Assembly: GCF_020745735.1 (NCBI RefSeq)
Contig: NC_083447.1
Location: 16,944,035 to 17,008,034 of the forward strand
DNA length: 64,000 bases
DNA from: Hemiscyllium ocellatum
Lineage: Eukaryota
Direction of reading: 5' to 3'
Of the stretch, positions 28,288-40,568 are shown in pieces; positions within the stretch are counted from its first letter, which is position 1; each line of letters begins with the position of its first letter. The notes under the pieces were generated by a model. The model did no database searches. It worked only from the letters and a program-made list of their open reading frames with translations, and was not told the origin of the DNA. The translations under genes and the position numbers were made by a program.

Positions 28288-28991
28288 GTGAACCTGCCTC
28301 CCCCCACACTCTCAGTCCATTCCACACCCTAACCCCTCGAGTGAACCTGCCTCCCCCACACTCTCAGTCCATTCCAGACCCTAACCCCTCAAGTGAACCC
28401 ACCTCCCCCCACACTCTCAGCCAGTACACTCCAGACCCCAACCCCTTGAGTGAACCCACCTCCCCCCACACTCTCAGACAGTCCCTTCCAGAGCCTAACC
28501 CCTTGAGTGAATCTGGATCAGTGGTGCTGGAAGAGCACAGCAGTTCAGGCAGCATCCAACGAGCAGCGAAATCGACATTTCGGGCAAAAGCCCTTCATCA
28601 GGAATAAAGGCAGGGAGCTGGAAGCTCACTGATGAAGGGGTTTTGCCCGAAACGTCGATTTCGTTGCTCGTTGGATGCTGCCTGAACTGCTGTGCTCTTC
28701 CAGCACCACTGATCCAGAATCTGGCTTCCAGCATCTGCAGTCATTGTTTTTACCCTCGAGTGAATCTGCCTCCCCCCCACACTCAGACAGTACACTCCAG
28801 ACCCTAACCCCTCTAGTGAACCCACAGCCCGCACACTCTCAGACAGTACATTCCAGACCCTAACCTCCTAGTGAACCTGCCTCCCCCACATTCATAGAGA
28901 GTACACTCCAGACCCTAACCCCTCTAGTGAACCTGCCTCCCCCCACATTCTCAGACAGTACACTCCAGACCCTAACCCCTCGAGTGAACCT
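28288..28991. repeat. Minisatellite (about 50-55 bp unit, gagtgaacctgcctccccc...ccagaccctaacccctc) interrupted by a palindromic element
   Basis: About four units on each side of the insertion. Confidence 0.9.
28512..28752. mobile_element. Palindromic Penelope-derived element with a hammerhead motif in each arm
   Basis: 90-bp inverted arms 28512-28601 / 28629-28718 with 3 mismatches; CTGATGAAGGG(C/G)TTTTGCCCGAAA(T/C)GTC. Confidence 0.85.
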
Positions 28992-29509
28992 GTGACGTCC
29001 GCTTGTCGGTCCAATTTCCAGTGGGAACGGTTTCTCCCTCTTCACCCTTCGAGACCCCAGACCACTTTGAATGTATTGATCAAATCTCCTCCTAACTTTC
29101 TCTTGTCCAAGGAGAACAGCCTCAGCTTCCTTTTGACCCACTTAAGCCAAAGTCTCTCATCCCTGGAGCCATTGTTGGAAATCTGTGCTCACACTCTGAA
29201 CAGATTCATGAACTAGCTTTCAAATATCACGTATAAAATTGGTCACAACATTCCAGTCGAGGCAGACCACTGGCTAACGGGTTCACCCATAACCTCCTGG
29301 TTTTTTGCAGCCCCTGGCTGTATTTATAAAGTCCAACATTCTGTCTGCGTTCTCAATGGTCTTCTCAACCTACCCTGCCAATTTACAGACCATTGCATGC
29401 CTGTCAATTCAACTGTTTCTGAACTCTTACAACTTAAATCATCTCGATACCGATTCCAACGTACTGAAGGGAAACATTATCGCTGGACTGTTCATCCAGA
29501 GATCAGAGT

Positions 29510-29840
29510 CCTCACTTTCTCCCTGTTCATTCAGAGACCCAGGAAACATTCTTGGGACCTGGGTTTAAATCCCTCCAGGACAGATGGTGGAATTCGAATT
29601 CGATAAAAATGTAGAATTAAGAGTCTAATAATGATCGTGAATCGATTGTTGGCAAAACCCATCCGGTTCACGAACGTCCTTTAGGGAAGGAAACTGCCAT
29701 CCTTACCTGGTCTGGCCTACACGTGACTCCAGACCCACAGTAAGGCAGTTGGTTCCTAACTGCCCCTGAGCCATTAGGGATGGGTGATAAATGCTGGGTC
29801 TCGTCAGTGACCCCCTCATCCCAGAAATTGAAAACGATGA
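29510..29840 (+). mobile_element. Shark SINE family 2
   Basis: gggtttaaatccc B-box-like motif; ttagggaaggaaactgccatccttacctggtctggcc core. Confidence 0.75.
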
Positions 29841-30200
29841 CCAAGAACAAGAGGACTCAGATTTAAAGTGATTTGCAAACTAAGTGTGGTAGATGCAGGT
29901 TCAATTGGAACAGTCAAGCTGGCCATTGGACAGAAATAATGTGCAAGGACATGGGGGAGAAAGCAAGAGATTGGCAGGCGATAATCGGATAAATAGGAAG
30001 GGGGTGGGGCTAGGGAGAAGGTAGCCAAGAGTACAATAGGTGGATGGAGGTGGGGATAAAGGTGATAGGTCAGAGAGGAGCCTAGGCAATAGTGAGGCTC
30101 ATTCGAAGAGCTGGTGCAGGCTCCATAGACCAATGACCTCCTTCTGTGCAGTAACAAGTCTGTGATTGGATGGCATAATATAACCCAGTTTCTCCAACAG

Positions 30201-30297
30201 CGAAGAACAATAAAGAGGAACAACCCAACGGAGCAGCGAGTCCGGGTGAAGGGTCGTCACAACCGAATAGGAAGATAAAGGAGAGGAAACGGAAAAG
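30201..30297 (+). CDS. Unannotated gene exon (AKNNKEEQPNGAASPGEGSSQPNRKIKERKRKR)
   Basis: tctccaacag|...AAG|gtatca, 97 nt, phase 1 to 2, open frame in a CpG-retaining unique island. Confidence 0.65.
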
Positions 30298-30569
30298 GTA
30301 TCATCAAGACAGCAGAGGTCAGGCACAACTGTCCGGGTCTGTGACGTAAATTCTCAACTCACCTTGTGTCCTAGTTCCCAGCTGCCCCCCTATTCCGGAG
30401 GCCTGGTCAGCATTGCCCCCTCTCCCCACCCTCAAGACCCTGCTCTTAAGATCTTGCTAACAATTGCCCAAGGCAACTTGTCCCTATTTCATTCACCCAG
30501 AGTTAGTCACCCTGACAGTTGGAGATCAGCAGCAGGAGGGACAAGAATAAAGAATAGACTCCCAATGCA

Positions 30570-31100
30570 GAGGCCTCAGGCTATTACTCCGGAAACATGG
30601 GTTCAAATCCCACCAGGCCAGATGCTGGACTTAAAATATCATTGTTAAATCTGAAACTGAAAGCCATCCGCAAGGACAGTGACCATAAAGCTCTCACCAA
30701 TTGTAAAGGCCCATTTGGTTTGCCCGTTTAGGAAGGGAAATTTGCCGTTCTTACCCAGTCTGGCCTACATGTGACTCCCAGAGCCCCCCAGCAATGGTGA
30801 CACAGTGACTCAATGGTTAGCACTTTGCCGCACAGTACCACAGACCTGGGCTTTCCATGGGTTTCCTCCGGATGCTCCGGTTTCCTCCCACAGTTCAAAG
30901 ATGTGTAGGTCAAGTAGATTGGCCATGTTAAGTTGCCCAAAGCATCCTGGAACGTGTGGGCTAAGTGGATTAGCCATTGGGAATGCAGAGTTAGAGGAAT
31001 AGAGTTAGGGGTCTGGGCCTGCTCTTCGGGGGGGGGGGGGGTTGGGGGGGGTCAGTGTTGACTCGATGGGCTGAATGGCCTTCTTCTTCACTGTGGTTCA
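30570..31100 (+). mobile_element. SINE family 2 fragment joined to a degenerate HE1-like SINE
   Basis: Both family cores present in tandem. Confidence 0.7.
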
Positions 31101-31897
31101 ACGTGACTGATTCCTACCCACTCACTGAAATGGCCGAACAATCCACTCGGCCCCAGGGCAGAGAGGGACAGGCAATAACCATTGGGAGAATGCAAGTGAT
31201 GCCCTGTGAAAGCATAAAGAGAAGAGATCAATTCTTTAGCACTTCCCAACCCCCCCCCCCACCCCCACCCTCCACCTCTTTCTCTCTCTCTCTCTATCTC
31301 TCTCTCTCTCTCTCTCTGCTGGCCTGTCATTTAATTGGTTGATATCTTTATGGTGACTTCTTCCTCCACTCTGTGCTGGTGCACACCAACTCACACATTC
31401 CTTTACTTGCTGGGACCTTCACATTGTTGACAAAGTAAAGGAAGCTCTGGCATTTCGCTAACACCTTTCATTCCCCTCCAACGTTCGACTATTCTACTCT
31501 GGGCCTGAGGTTGGTAGATGTTGCATGAATTTGTTGGTGTCAGCAAATCTGACCTTTTACTTAAGCATACAGGCGGTAGGAGAGGCAGGCACAGTAGATT
31601 CATTTAAGATACACCTGGACAGACACATGAGTAGGTGGGGAGCAGAGGGATACAGATCCTTAGGAATTGGGCGACAGGTTTAGACAATGGTTTTGGATCG
31701 TCCCAGGCTTGAAGGGCCGAACGGCCTGTTCCTGGGCTGTAAATTTTCTTTGTTCTAAGACACTAATCACATTCAGGTTGAGACTTCACCGCTACCAGGA
31801 GTTTGTTACAGAGAGTCCGAGCAGTCACATGATCTTCCATCACTTGGCAACGATGCTGTCAACGATCTTGTTCACATCTCACACTAACGCTTTACAC

Positions 31898-32345
31898 CAT
31901 GTTAAAAATCACACAACACCAGGTTATAGTCCAACAGGTTTAATTGGAAGCAAACTAGCTTTCGGAGCGTCGCTCCTTCATCAGGTGATAGTGGAGGGCT
32001 CAATCCTAACACAGAATTTATAGCGAAACTTTGCAGTGTGATGTAACTGAAATTATACATTGAAAGTCTGTTAAGCCTTTCATCTGTTAGAATACAGTGA
32101 TAGTCTCATTTCTTTCATGTGTAAATCACAAAACCCTTCTTTTTAAAGTTGCATTCTCGGGTTAGCTGCTAACAATGGTGATAGCTAGACAATATGTTGA
32201 AGGAGAAAATGAGGACTGCAGATGCTGGAGATCAGAGCTGAAAATGTGTTGCTGGAAAAGCGCAGCAGGTCAGGCAGCATCCAAGGAGCAGGAAATTCGA
32301 CATTTCGGGCACAAACCCTTCTTCAGGGAATATGTTGAAGGGTCG
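31898..32345 (-). mobile_element. Penelope-derived fragment (family B, hammerhead 31953-31987) with nested family A element 32204-32328
   Basis: Reverse complement CAC-CTGATGA-A-GGAGC-GAC-GCTCC-GAAA-GCTA; nested copy flanked by 13-bp duplication AATATGTTGAAGG. Confidence 0.8.
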
Positions 32346-32638
32346 ACATCTTTACACGATAGATACCTCAATGCACTCCATTGCTAAGAAACTCATTTTT
32401 GAACGTACAGTCCCTCCCTGCTCTATGTGTCATCCAATTTGCACACAGCAGTCTCCCACAAAAGCAGTGCGATAACGGTTTTACTTCTGCTTTTTTCTAA
32501 ATCGAATCAAAGGAAAAACAAACAAAAAAGAAAAAAAAACAATAAAGAAAACCAAAAAGAGCAAATATCTTCCCTGGAAAAGTGGGGGAAGGAAAAGAAA
32601 CTCCCCTCCTCCAAAACACAGAGTGTATCCGCAGGGAC

Positions 32639-32912
32639 ACACTGACTGTGGTCTAGCCAGCACAGTCTCGGTACACTGACTGCGGTCTAGCCAGCACAGT
32701 CTCGGTATACTGACTGTGGTCTAGCCAGCACAGACTCGGTACACTGACTGTGGTCTAGCCAGCACAGTCTCGGTACACTGACTGTGGTCTAGCCAGCACA
32801 GACTCGGTATACTGACTGTGGTCTAGCCAGCACAGACTCGGTATACTGACTGTGGTCTAGCCAGCACAGTCTCGGTACACTGACTGTGGTCTAGCCAGCA
32901 CAGTCTCGGTGC
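32639..32912. repeat. 34-bp tandem repeat, 8 copies, each with an internal hairpin
   Basis: Unit actgactgtggtctagccagcacagtctcggtac; GACTGTG/CACAGTC inverted repeat. Confidence 0.95.
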
Positions 32913-33021
32913 ACTAAACTGACGAGATTCTAAAGCTCTTGGTTATATACTATTTTTTTCTTTCTCACTCCCACACTGCCGCCTAACCACAGTAGTGCTT
33001 ATATTTTCCCCAGCCCCCATG

Positions 33022-33056
<35 letters not shown>

Positions 33057-33704
33057 TGAGACACAGTGAAAGACAATAGCTGTATCAATCTTTATTCAAT
33101 TTCCATCACCAGGAAAAAGGTGGCCAGTGAAAAGCAGTGCCCATCTCATCAAAGGGCAAGAGAGAATGGTTTTATTAAGGAGCGTCAATTGAAGACTGAT
33201 ATGAGGAGGAATTATTTCTCTCAGAGGATCGTAAGCCTTTGGAACTCCTTGCCCCAGAGAGTTCTTGTGTATGTTTAAGGCTGAGTTAGATAGACTCTTG
33301 ATCAGTCAGGGAATCATGGGATAGGGAAAGGGTAGGAAAGTGCACGTGAGGGATCTGGGATCAACTGGATCAGAATGGTGCAGCAGGCTTGAGGGGCTGA
33401 ATGGCCTACTCCTGTTCCCATTTGCTATGGTCTTATAATCCGGTTCGATGAAAAAGTCTCGGGGCTGGCTGTGCCGAGCATGAAGTTGATGAATTTTAAT
33501 GCTCTCCCCTCTCCCCACCCTTCCCAACTTCCACCTTCTCTTCTAATTCATCTGGGCCAGAAAATTCTGGAACATCATCTCCTTCCGTCTCCCCTCCTTC
33601 CAACAAGATAAAGGGTTTAGGGGATATTTAACCACATCAAAGGGGCTATACAAATACACATCGTTGTTGGTTGCCACAAGTACAAAAGGGAAAGAAGGGT
33701 AGCA

Positions 33705-34395
33705 AAGGGGAGTGGGGCACTGAGGGGAGGGGGCAGTGATGGGAGAGGGGAGGGGGCACTGAGGGGAGTGGGCAGTGATGGGAGAGGGGAGGGGGCACTG
33801 AGGCGAGGGGGATGATGGGAGAGGGGAGGGGGCACTGAGGGGAGTGGGCAGTGATGGGAGAGTGGAGGGGGCACTGAGGCGAGGGGGATGATGGGAGAGG
33901 GGAGAGGGCACTGAGGGGAGTGGGCAGTGATGGGAGAGTGGAGGGGGCACTGAGGCGAGGGGGATGATGGGAGAGGGGAGGGGGCACTGAGGGGAGTGGG
34001 CAGTGATGGGAGAGTGGAGGGGGCACTGAGGGGAGGGGGATGTTGGGAGAGGGGAGGGGGCACTGAGGGGAGTGGGCAGTGATGGGAGAGGGGTAGTGAT
34101 GGGAGAGGGGCAGCGATGGGAGAGGGGCAGCGATGGAGAGGGGAGGGGGCACTAAGGGAAGTGGTGCAGCGATGGGAGTGGGCACTGAGGGGGGGAGGCA
34201 GCGATGGGAGAGGGGAGGGGGCACTGAGGGGTGAGGGACAGCGATGGGAGAGGGGAGGAGGCACTGAGGGGTGAGGGGCAGTGATGGGAGAGGGGAGGGG
34301 GCACTGAGGGGTGAGGGCAGCGATGGGAGAGGGGAGGGGGCACTGAGGGGTGAGGGGCAGTGATGGGAGAGGGGAGGGGGCCGCTGAGGGGAGTG
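33705..34395. repeat. G-rich minisatellite (about 39-41 bp unit)
   Basis: gggcactgaggggagtgggcagtgatgggagaggggagg variants; source of the Pro/Ser-rich ORFs. Confidence 0.95.
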
Positions 34396-35070
34396 GAGAA
34401 TGGGATGACTATGGAAGAGCTGAAACACAGGGCACAAAATACATCCTGGGTATGTACATCTGGAGTCAGGTGTAGGCCGGACCAGGTAAGGATGGCAGAT
34501 TCCTTCCCTAAAGGACATTAGTAAAGCAGGTGGGTTTTTCCCACAATTGACATTAGACTCTGCTCATTTAATTCGAGATTATTCACTGAATTCAAATTCC
34601 ACCATCTGCTGTGACAAGATTTGAAGTTGGGTCCCCAGAACATTACCTGAGTCTCTGGATTAGCAGCGATAATACCAGCAATAATTAGCAGCGCAGTGAC
34701 AATACCATTTGGTCATGACCTCGGTGTGTTCTCTCAGAGATTCACTGAGATATTTCTTGAAGTGTAATGCCCAGAATTGACGACAACTTTCTGGCTGAAG
34801 TCTAACCAGTAATTTATAAAGATCTGGAAGCATCTCCTTGCTTTTATATTCTATTTTAAACACAAATATATCCTTCATTTCATTTTAACCATCTTAGTAA
34901 CGTGCCCTGTCATCTTAAAATGTTACACAAAGGTCTCACTGCTCCTCAATATTTTTCAGTGGGATTAAGAAGTATTTTAGGCGAGAGTCAAGTTACAAGA
35001 GCAGCTCAATTAACAACATAATCGTCTTTTTTTAAATTTCAAATTAATTACCAACTTTTCCTTCTTCTAG

Positions 35071-35137
35071 AATCCGACTTAAAATGCCCCCTGGCAGGAA
35101 ACGGGAGCCTGCTGTGGATAGTGAGGGGCAGGCCCAG
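35071..35137 (+). CDS. Unannotated gene exon (IRLKMPPGRKREPAVDSEGQAQ)
   Basis: ttttccttcttctag|...CAG|gtgaga, 67 nt, phase 2 to 0. Confidence 0.75.
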
Positions 35138-35276
35138 GTGAGACCCTTCCTCCTCCTGACACTCCTGGGGCAAGGCACTAGGTCACGTTCAGAGCTCAGA
35201 CAGGTCTGAATGGGGTTGGGTAAAGCTTTAGCTTCCTGGCAGAAACAAACAGTAGGAAATAACTGGCTTTTTGATG

Positions 35277-36557
35277 CCTTCCACCCTGACCTCAAGTTCA
35301 CCTGGATCATCTCGGACACCTCCCGCCCCTTCCTGGACCTCTCCATCTCCATTTCCAGTGACTGACTAAACATAGACCTCTGCTTCAAACCCGCCGACTC
35401 CCCCAACTACCTGGACTAAGCCTCCTGTAAAAACTCTATCCCTTACTCCCAAACCCTCCGCCTCTGCCACATCTACTCCCAGGAGGAGCATATCCACTCC
35501 AGAACATCCCAGATGCCCTTCCACTTCTAGGACCGCAATTTCTCCACCTACATGGTCAACAATACCCTCCAACCCATCTCCTCAACTTCCTGCAGCTCCA
35601 ACCTTGAAGTCACCCCTCTCAACGCAACAAGGATAGAACCACCCCCTCCCCGGTCATCTCCTTTCACCCCACCAACCTCCAGATACAGCTCATCATCCTC
35701 TGCCATTTTCGCCATCTACAGTCATGACCACACCACCAGAGACATATTTCCCTCCCCAACCCTATCAACATTCCATAGAGATCATTCTCTCCGTGACTCC
35801 CTCGTTAGGCCCACGCTCCCCACCAACCCCCCCCTCCATTCCCGGCACCTTCCCCTGCCACCGCAAGAGGTGTAAAACCTGCCCCCTCCCCTCCATCCAT
35901 GAGCCCAAAGGATCCTTCCGCATCCAGCAGAGATTTTCCTGCACCTCCCAACACCTCATCTACTGTATCTGTTGTTCTTGATGAGTCTCCACTACCTTGG
36001 GGAGACATGAAGCCAACTTATGGAATGTTTCAGGGAACATCTCTGGGATACATGCACCCAATAACCCCACCGCCCTGTGGCTGAACACTTCAACTCCCCC
36101 TCCCACTCCACCAAGGACATGTAAGTCCCGGGCCTCCTCCACCACTAAATCCTAGCCACCCAACACCTGGAGGAAAAACGCCTCATCTTCCACTTTGGGA
36201 CCCTCCAACCACACAGCATCAGTTTCAATTTCACCAGTGTCCTGATCTCCCCTTACCCCACCTCATCCCAGACCCAACCCTCTTGAACTGTCCCACTTGT
36301 CTAACTTTCTTCCAAACCTATCCATTCCACTATCCCCTCCGACCGATCACTTTCACCACCCAAAGTCATCCACCTATCCTATTCCCACTACCTTCCCCCA
36401 GCCCCAACTTCTCCCATTTACCTCTCGCCCCCTGGCCCCACTCTCCTCCTGCTGCACCCCTCCCCCACATTCCTGATGAAGAGTTTACCCCTGAAGCATT
36501 GACTCCTGCTCCTCGGATGCTGCCTGACCAGCTGTGCTTTTCCAGCATCACCCTTTG
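35277..36557 (+). mobile_element. Penelope-like element remnant (RT end, GIY-YIG, 3' UTR with decayed hammerhead at about 36470-36500)
   Basis: FHPDLKFTW; GTFPCHRKRCKTCP...QQRFSCTSQHLIYCICCS; its 3' end matches the family A palindromic elements. Confidence 0.85.
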
Positions 36558-36942
36558 TGATTATGGCTTTCTTCATGCACACTTGGAAATTGGATCCATG
36601 TCAACCACGATGACTGAATTGGGAAAGCTACTTCCTAATTGGAACTTTTAGATATTTTTACACCATTTATCCGCTCCCTTCTTTCTCTCTCTCGGTATAT
36701 AGCTCCTTATGTCTCACTATGTTTCTCTCTCTATATATATATTTATCCATCTCTCCTTATCTCTCACTATCTCAGTCTCTCCTGATATGTCTCCCGCTAA
36801 ATAATTCTCACTATCACTCTCGAAACGCCTCTTTCCCTCTGTATTTCTTTACCATAATTATGATGAAATGTCCTTCCAGTAACGTATGTTGGAGTCAACA
36901 TAAGCAAGAAACCTTCCTTTCTGAATGACATGCTGTTCACTT

Positions 36943-37226
36943 GTGGGTGGCATGATGGCACAGTGGTTAGCACTGCTGCCTCACAGCGCCAGAGACCTGG
37001 GTTCAATTCTCGACTCAGGCGACTGACTGTGTGGAGTCTGCACGTTCTCCCCGTGTCTGCGTGGGTTTCCTCCGGGTGCTCTGGTTTCCTCCCACAGTCC
37101 AAAGATGTGCAGGATGGGATGGATTGGCCATGTGAGATTGCCTATAGTGTTGGGGTATGGGTGGGTGGCGGGTCGGTGTAGACTTGTTGGGCCGAAGGGC
37201 CTGTTTCCACACTGTAGGTAATCTAA
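36943..37226 (+). mobile_element. HE1-like V-SINE, full length
   Basis: A/B boxes, V-domain and tail; possible duplication TCACTT. Confidence 0.9.
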
Positions 37227-37255
37227 TCACTTCCATTTCTTATGTTCCTTTTCAG

Positions 37256-37351
37256 GTTTTACACCCCCGCTTATCCCACTTTCGAAAGTCCATTGATAAA
37301 ATGATGGTTTTAACACAGGAGAAAATAGCCACTCAGAGCAGTGAGATACAG
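37256..37351 (+). CDS. Unannotated gene exon (VLHPRLSHFRKSIDKMMVLTQEKIATQSSEIQ)
   Basis: ttccttttcag|...CAG|gtaatg, 96 nt, phase 0 to 0. Confidence 0.78.
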
Positions 37352-37417
37352 GTAATGATGTGACCAATCCCGGCTGCTAAATTCAGCACCAAACAACTTG
37401 TTCCAATCTAGCACAAC

Positions 37418-37895
37418 CAGTCATTGTGTGATTGGTCAGTCACTGGAGGATCTGTCGGTCACTGTGTGATTGGTCAGTCACTGTGGGATCTGTCACTGTG
37501 GGATCTGTCAGTCAGTGTGAGATCTGTCAGTCATTGGGTGATCAGTCACTGTGGGATCTGTCGGTCACTGTGTGATCAGTCACTGCAGGATCTGTCGGTC
37601 ACTGTGTGATTGTTCAGTCACTGTGTGATCTGTCGGTCACTGCGGGATCTGTCAGTCACTGTGTGATCAGTCACTGTGTGATCAGTCACTGTGTGATCTG
37701 TCGGTCACTGTGGGATCTGTCAGTCTCTGTGTGATCAGTCACTGTGTGATCTGTCGGTCACTGTGGGATCTGTCGGTCACTGTGTGATTGTTCAGTCACT
37801 GCGGGATCTGTCAGTCACTGTGTGATCAGTTACTGTGTGATCGGTCACTGTGTGATCGGTCACTGTGGGATCTGTCGGTCACTGTGGGATCTCAG
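37418..37895. repeat. Compound VNTR (gtcactgtgtgatc / gtcactgtgggatctgtcg variants)
   Basis: Interleaved units of about 15 and 19 bp. Confidence 0.93.
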
Positions 37896-38760
37896 TTCCT
37901 GAGTGATCTGCTGGACACTGCATGTTCTGTCTTTCACAGCAAGTCTGGCCAATAGACCCCGGTGCCCTGCTTTGCTTTATCTATGTTACTGGAGTTTAAG
38001 TGAGGTTTTGAGCCTGAGGGATCTGATACCTTAGAAGACCCAGCAAAGATCATCTACCATTTCAACCATGGAAGTGCATTCAATCTGATGCTAATCTGCC
38101 ATCCACCAGCCAGCCTCATGCACTGGGCCCCCATCAGCTGTAACCGAGGCATCGATAGCAACAGGCATTTCAGCTAGGGAGGGCATCACAGCCATAACCT
38201 AATCTCACCAACGTCCCAAATTAGAGCAGCAAGATCTGCCCTTAATTTTATATACTCTTCTAACCAGTCAACTTGTGGGTGAGGTGAGTGTTAGGGTTAG
38301 CCCTTGTCTTAATCTTAGCACCTGGATGCTCTTGCTTACGGCAAGGAGGCTAATTCCTGAGGGAGGGGGGGAGCGGCAGTAGGGTCCTCCGGGGAGGTCC
38401 ACAGCTCATCTCTCCCTGCCTCACAGTCTTCAACAGTTGCTCCAAACGGCCTCCTGTTTTCAATTACAAGTTGTCAAATTCTCATTGTCCTTCTCAGTCT
38501 ATGTCCTTCTCATCATTATCCCACCACACCCACCTCCCTCAAACTTTAGCAACCTCTCAAAGCCTTTGAATTTGACCCTTTTCTTGATGATGTTTGCTAA
38601 CTACCTCTCCCCTCCCACGTGACCTGTCGCTCTGGTCTCTCCAACCCACCTTTTCCAGAACTACATTTTTCCTAAGGCCTCCAATCAAGGCAGTGAAAGC
38701 GATATCAGTCACAGATAGCTTTCAATCCTCATCTCTAATCTCTCTCTCTCTCTCTCTCAG

Positions 38761-38852
38761 CATCGGAAAATGGTGCTGTCAGACACAATGAGGAAGAAAT
38801 TGCAAAACACGCCGATACAAAATCTCCAGAGAAAGCTGCATGTCAAGGACAG
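38761..38852 (+). CDS. Unannotated gene exon (HRKMVLSDTMRKKLQNTPIQNLQRKLHVKD)
   Basis: ctaat branch site plus (tc)n tract, ag|...CAG|gtgaga, 92 nt, phase 0 to 2. Confidence 0.78.
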
Positions 38853-39669
38853 GTGAGAGATCAGGGTGGGTCACGGTCAATCCGCTGCACTGGGCTGGCC
38901 TGTGATGTCCCTAATATGGCACCCCAGTGCCCAGTTGTGTCAAAACACGTGCTTTCCAGGAAGATCCTCAAAGCCTCCCTGAAAGAAACGGGATGATTCT
39001 CGCCGCTGGGTGGGAATCTGTGAGACTGTCCAACGTGGAGAAGATGCAGCAGTGGAGGTGCCAACCACCTCCAACAGTCCCGGGAGGGTGAAAACCTGAG
39101 ACGTCCTCTCCCTATGCCCACTTCAGCAAACACCAACCCACCTCCTACCACCCCCACCCTCCCACCGCCACGTGTGACAGAGTGGCTGGCCCAGTTGTGC
39201 ACTGTTTACACACTTCAGGACCCATGACCCCAGGGCGGTAGAAATTCATCCTTGATCCCAAGAGACCGCCAAACAGGCCTAGATTAGAGAAGGTTAGAGA
39301 AGGGGCTAATTATGACACCAAGTTCTTGCTATCTGTGGGGGTACAGTCAACCACAGGATAAGAGAAACATGTGATTTTGCAAAGGATCAGACAATTAGGC
39401 CTGACCAGGCTTTCAGAAAATAAAAGGTGGCTCTGGGATTGGCTACACCAGTGTGTAGACCCACGGATAATGTGGAGAGAGTGGATTAGCAGAGTGAGGC
39501 TCTCCTGCAATTCTCTGCCCGCAGGCAGCTCCTACCCACTGTACCACCTCATTCCTCCATGGGACAGGTAAAGGGGCAAGTTCCAAACTGGCAGCAATTT
39601 GTCAAGCCAGTTATACTCCCTCCACCCGAAAAGGAGTCAGGGTTGCTATGGCAACGTAGACTTTTTTTG

Positions 39670-40220
39670 TGTGTTGGTGGACATCATGTGCTCCTTCTCC
39701 TGGGATATTCGGGCTTAAACATAAACTCTTGTTTTTTTTTCTTTTTTAAATGTTTTTTGTCTGTTTTATCCCCCCCCCCCCACATTCCCGCCTAACTGCG
39801 GTAGTGCTTATTTTTCCTCGAGCACCCATGGTGTGTGTGTGTGCAGGTGTGAGACACAGTGAGAGACACAAGGTGCACGAATCTTTATTCAGTTCTCACC
39901 ACCAGGAAAAAAGGAAATACCCGAGTGGCCAGTGACAAGCAGTGCCCTTCACATCAAAGGGCAATGCTGTGTGATCAAACAGTGAAGGGGAGGGCAGGGA
40001 CTAAATCAAAATAGAGTTGGAGGGGGAAATAATGCACTCCACTCCCTGCGGCGCCCACATCTCCCTGAACAACTCCAGGGTGTTGGTGGACACCATGTGC
40101 TCCTTCTCCAGAGATACTCGGGCTCTAACGTAACCGCGGAAGAGGGGCAGGCAGTCGGCCCTAACGACCCCCTCCACGGCCCGCTGCCTGGACCTGTTTG
40201 TGGCCAGTTAACGTACACAT
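39670..40220 (-). mobile_element. Tx1-like LINE 3' end (another family); 3' UTR also at 32945-33160
   Basis: RARVSLEKEHMVSTNTLELFREMWAPQGVECII read on the minus strand; shared UTR block. Confidence 0.65.
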
Positions 40221-40429
40221 TTTAGTGTAGCCGTGTCATTGGCTGTGTTATGAATGCACCGTCCTTGCTCATTAGGAACTCAACCTGGAGCTTCTGGTTC
40301 AGAGGCAGGGACACTACTCCTACTCCACAAGAACTCCTCATCAGAGTGAAACACAATTGCTATTAATCATTCACAGGGCTATAGAGATCAATGGGTGACA
40401 TGTGTGTACAACATTCTTTCTTTCCATAG

Positions 40430-40504
40430 CGTGCAGATCCCTGCTCATCTGAGTCCAAACGATTCTGGACTACCTGAGGAACTTCTCAAAGATGACACCC
40501 TCAG
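40430..40504 (+). CDS. Unannotated gene exon (SVQIPAHLSPNDSGLPEELLKDDTL)
   Basis: ttctttctttccatag|...CAG|gtatga, 75 nt, phase 2 to 2. Confidence 0.75.
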
Positions 40505-40568
40505 GTATGAGGAGCTCTGATCGCTGAAGTTTAGGTTTATTCATGTGGTGGTCAAACCCTGGGCTGTT

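Noticed and set aside
30363-30511. Minus-strand exon-like segment with a pyrimidine tract and gtgagt donor
   Set aside because: Stops in all three frames and no partner exons found; cannot exclude a non-coding exon.
31767-31900. Extra exon of the hidden gene (cag|GTTGAG...)
   Set aside because: Weak pyrimidine tract and no donor before the Penelope fragment.
32639-32912. CRISPR-like palindromic 34-bp repeats
   Set aside because: No unique spacers, no cas genes, vertebrate context.
33543-34518. Long Pro/Ser/His-rich ORFs (up to 290 aa)
   Set aside because: Translation of the G-rich minisatellite; open in several frames at once.
36943-37020. tRNA gene
   Set aside because: tRNA-like head of a SINE, followed by the V-domain and repeated at least five times in the window.
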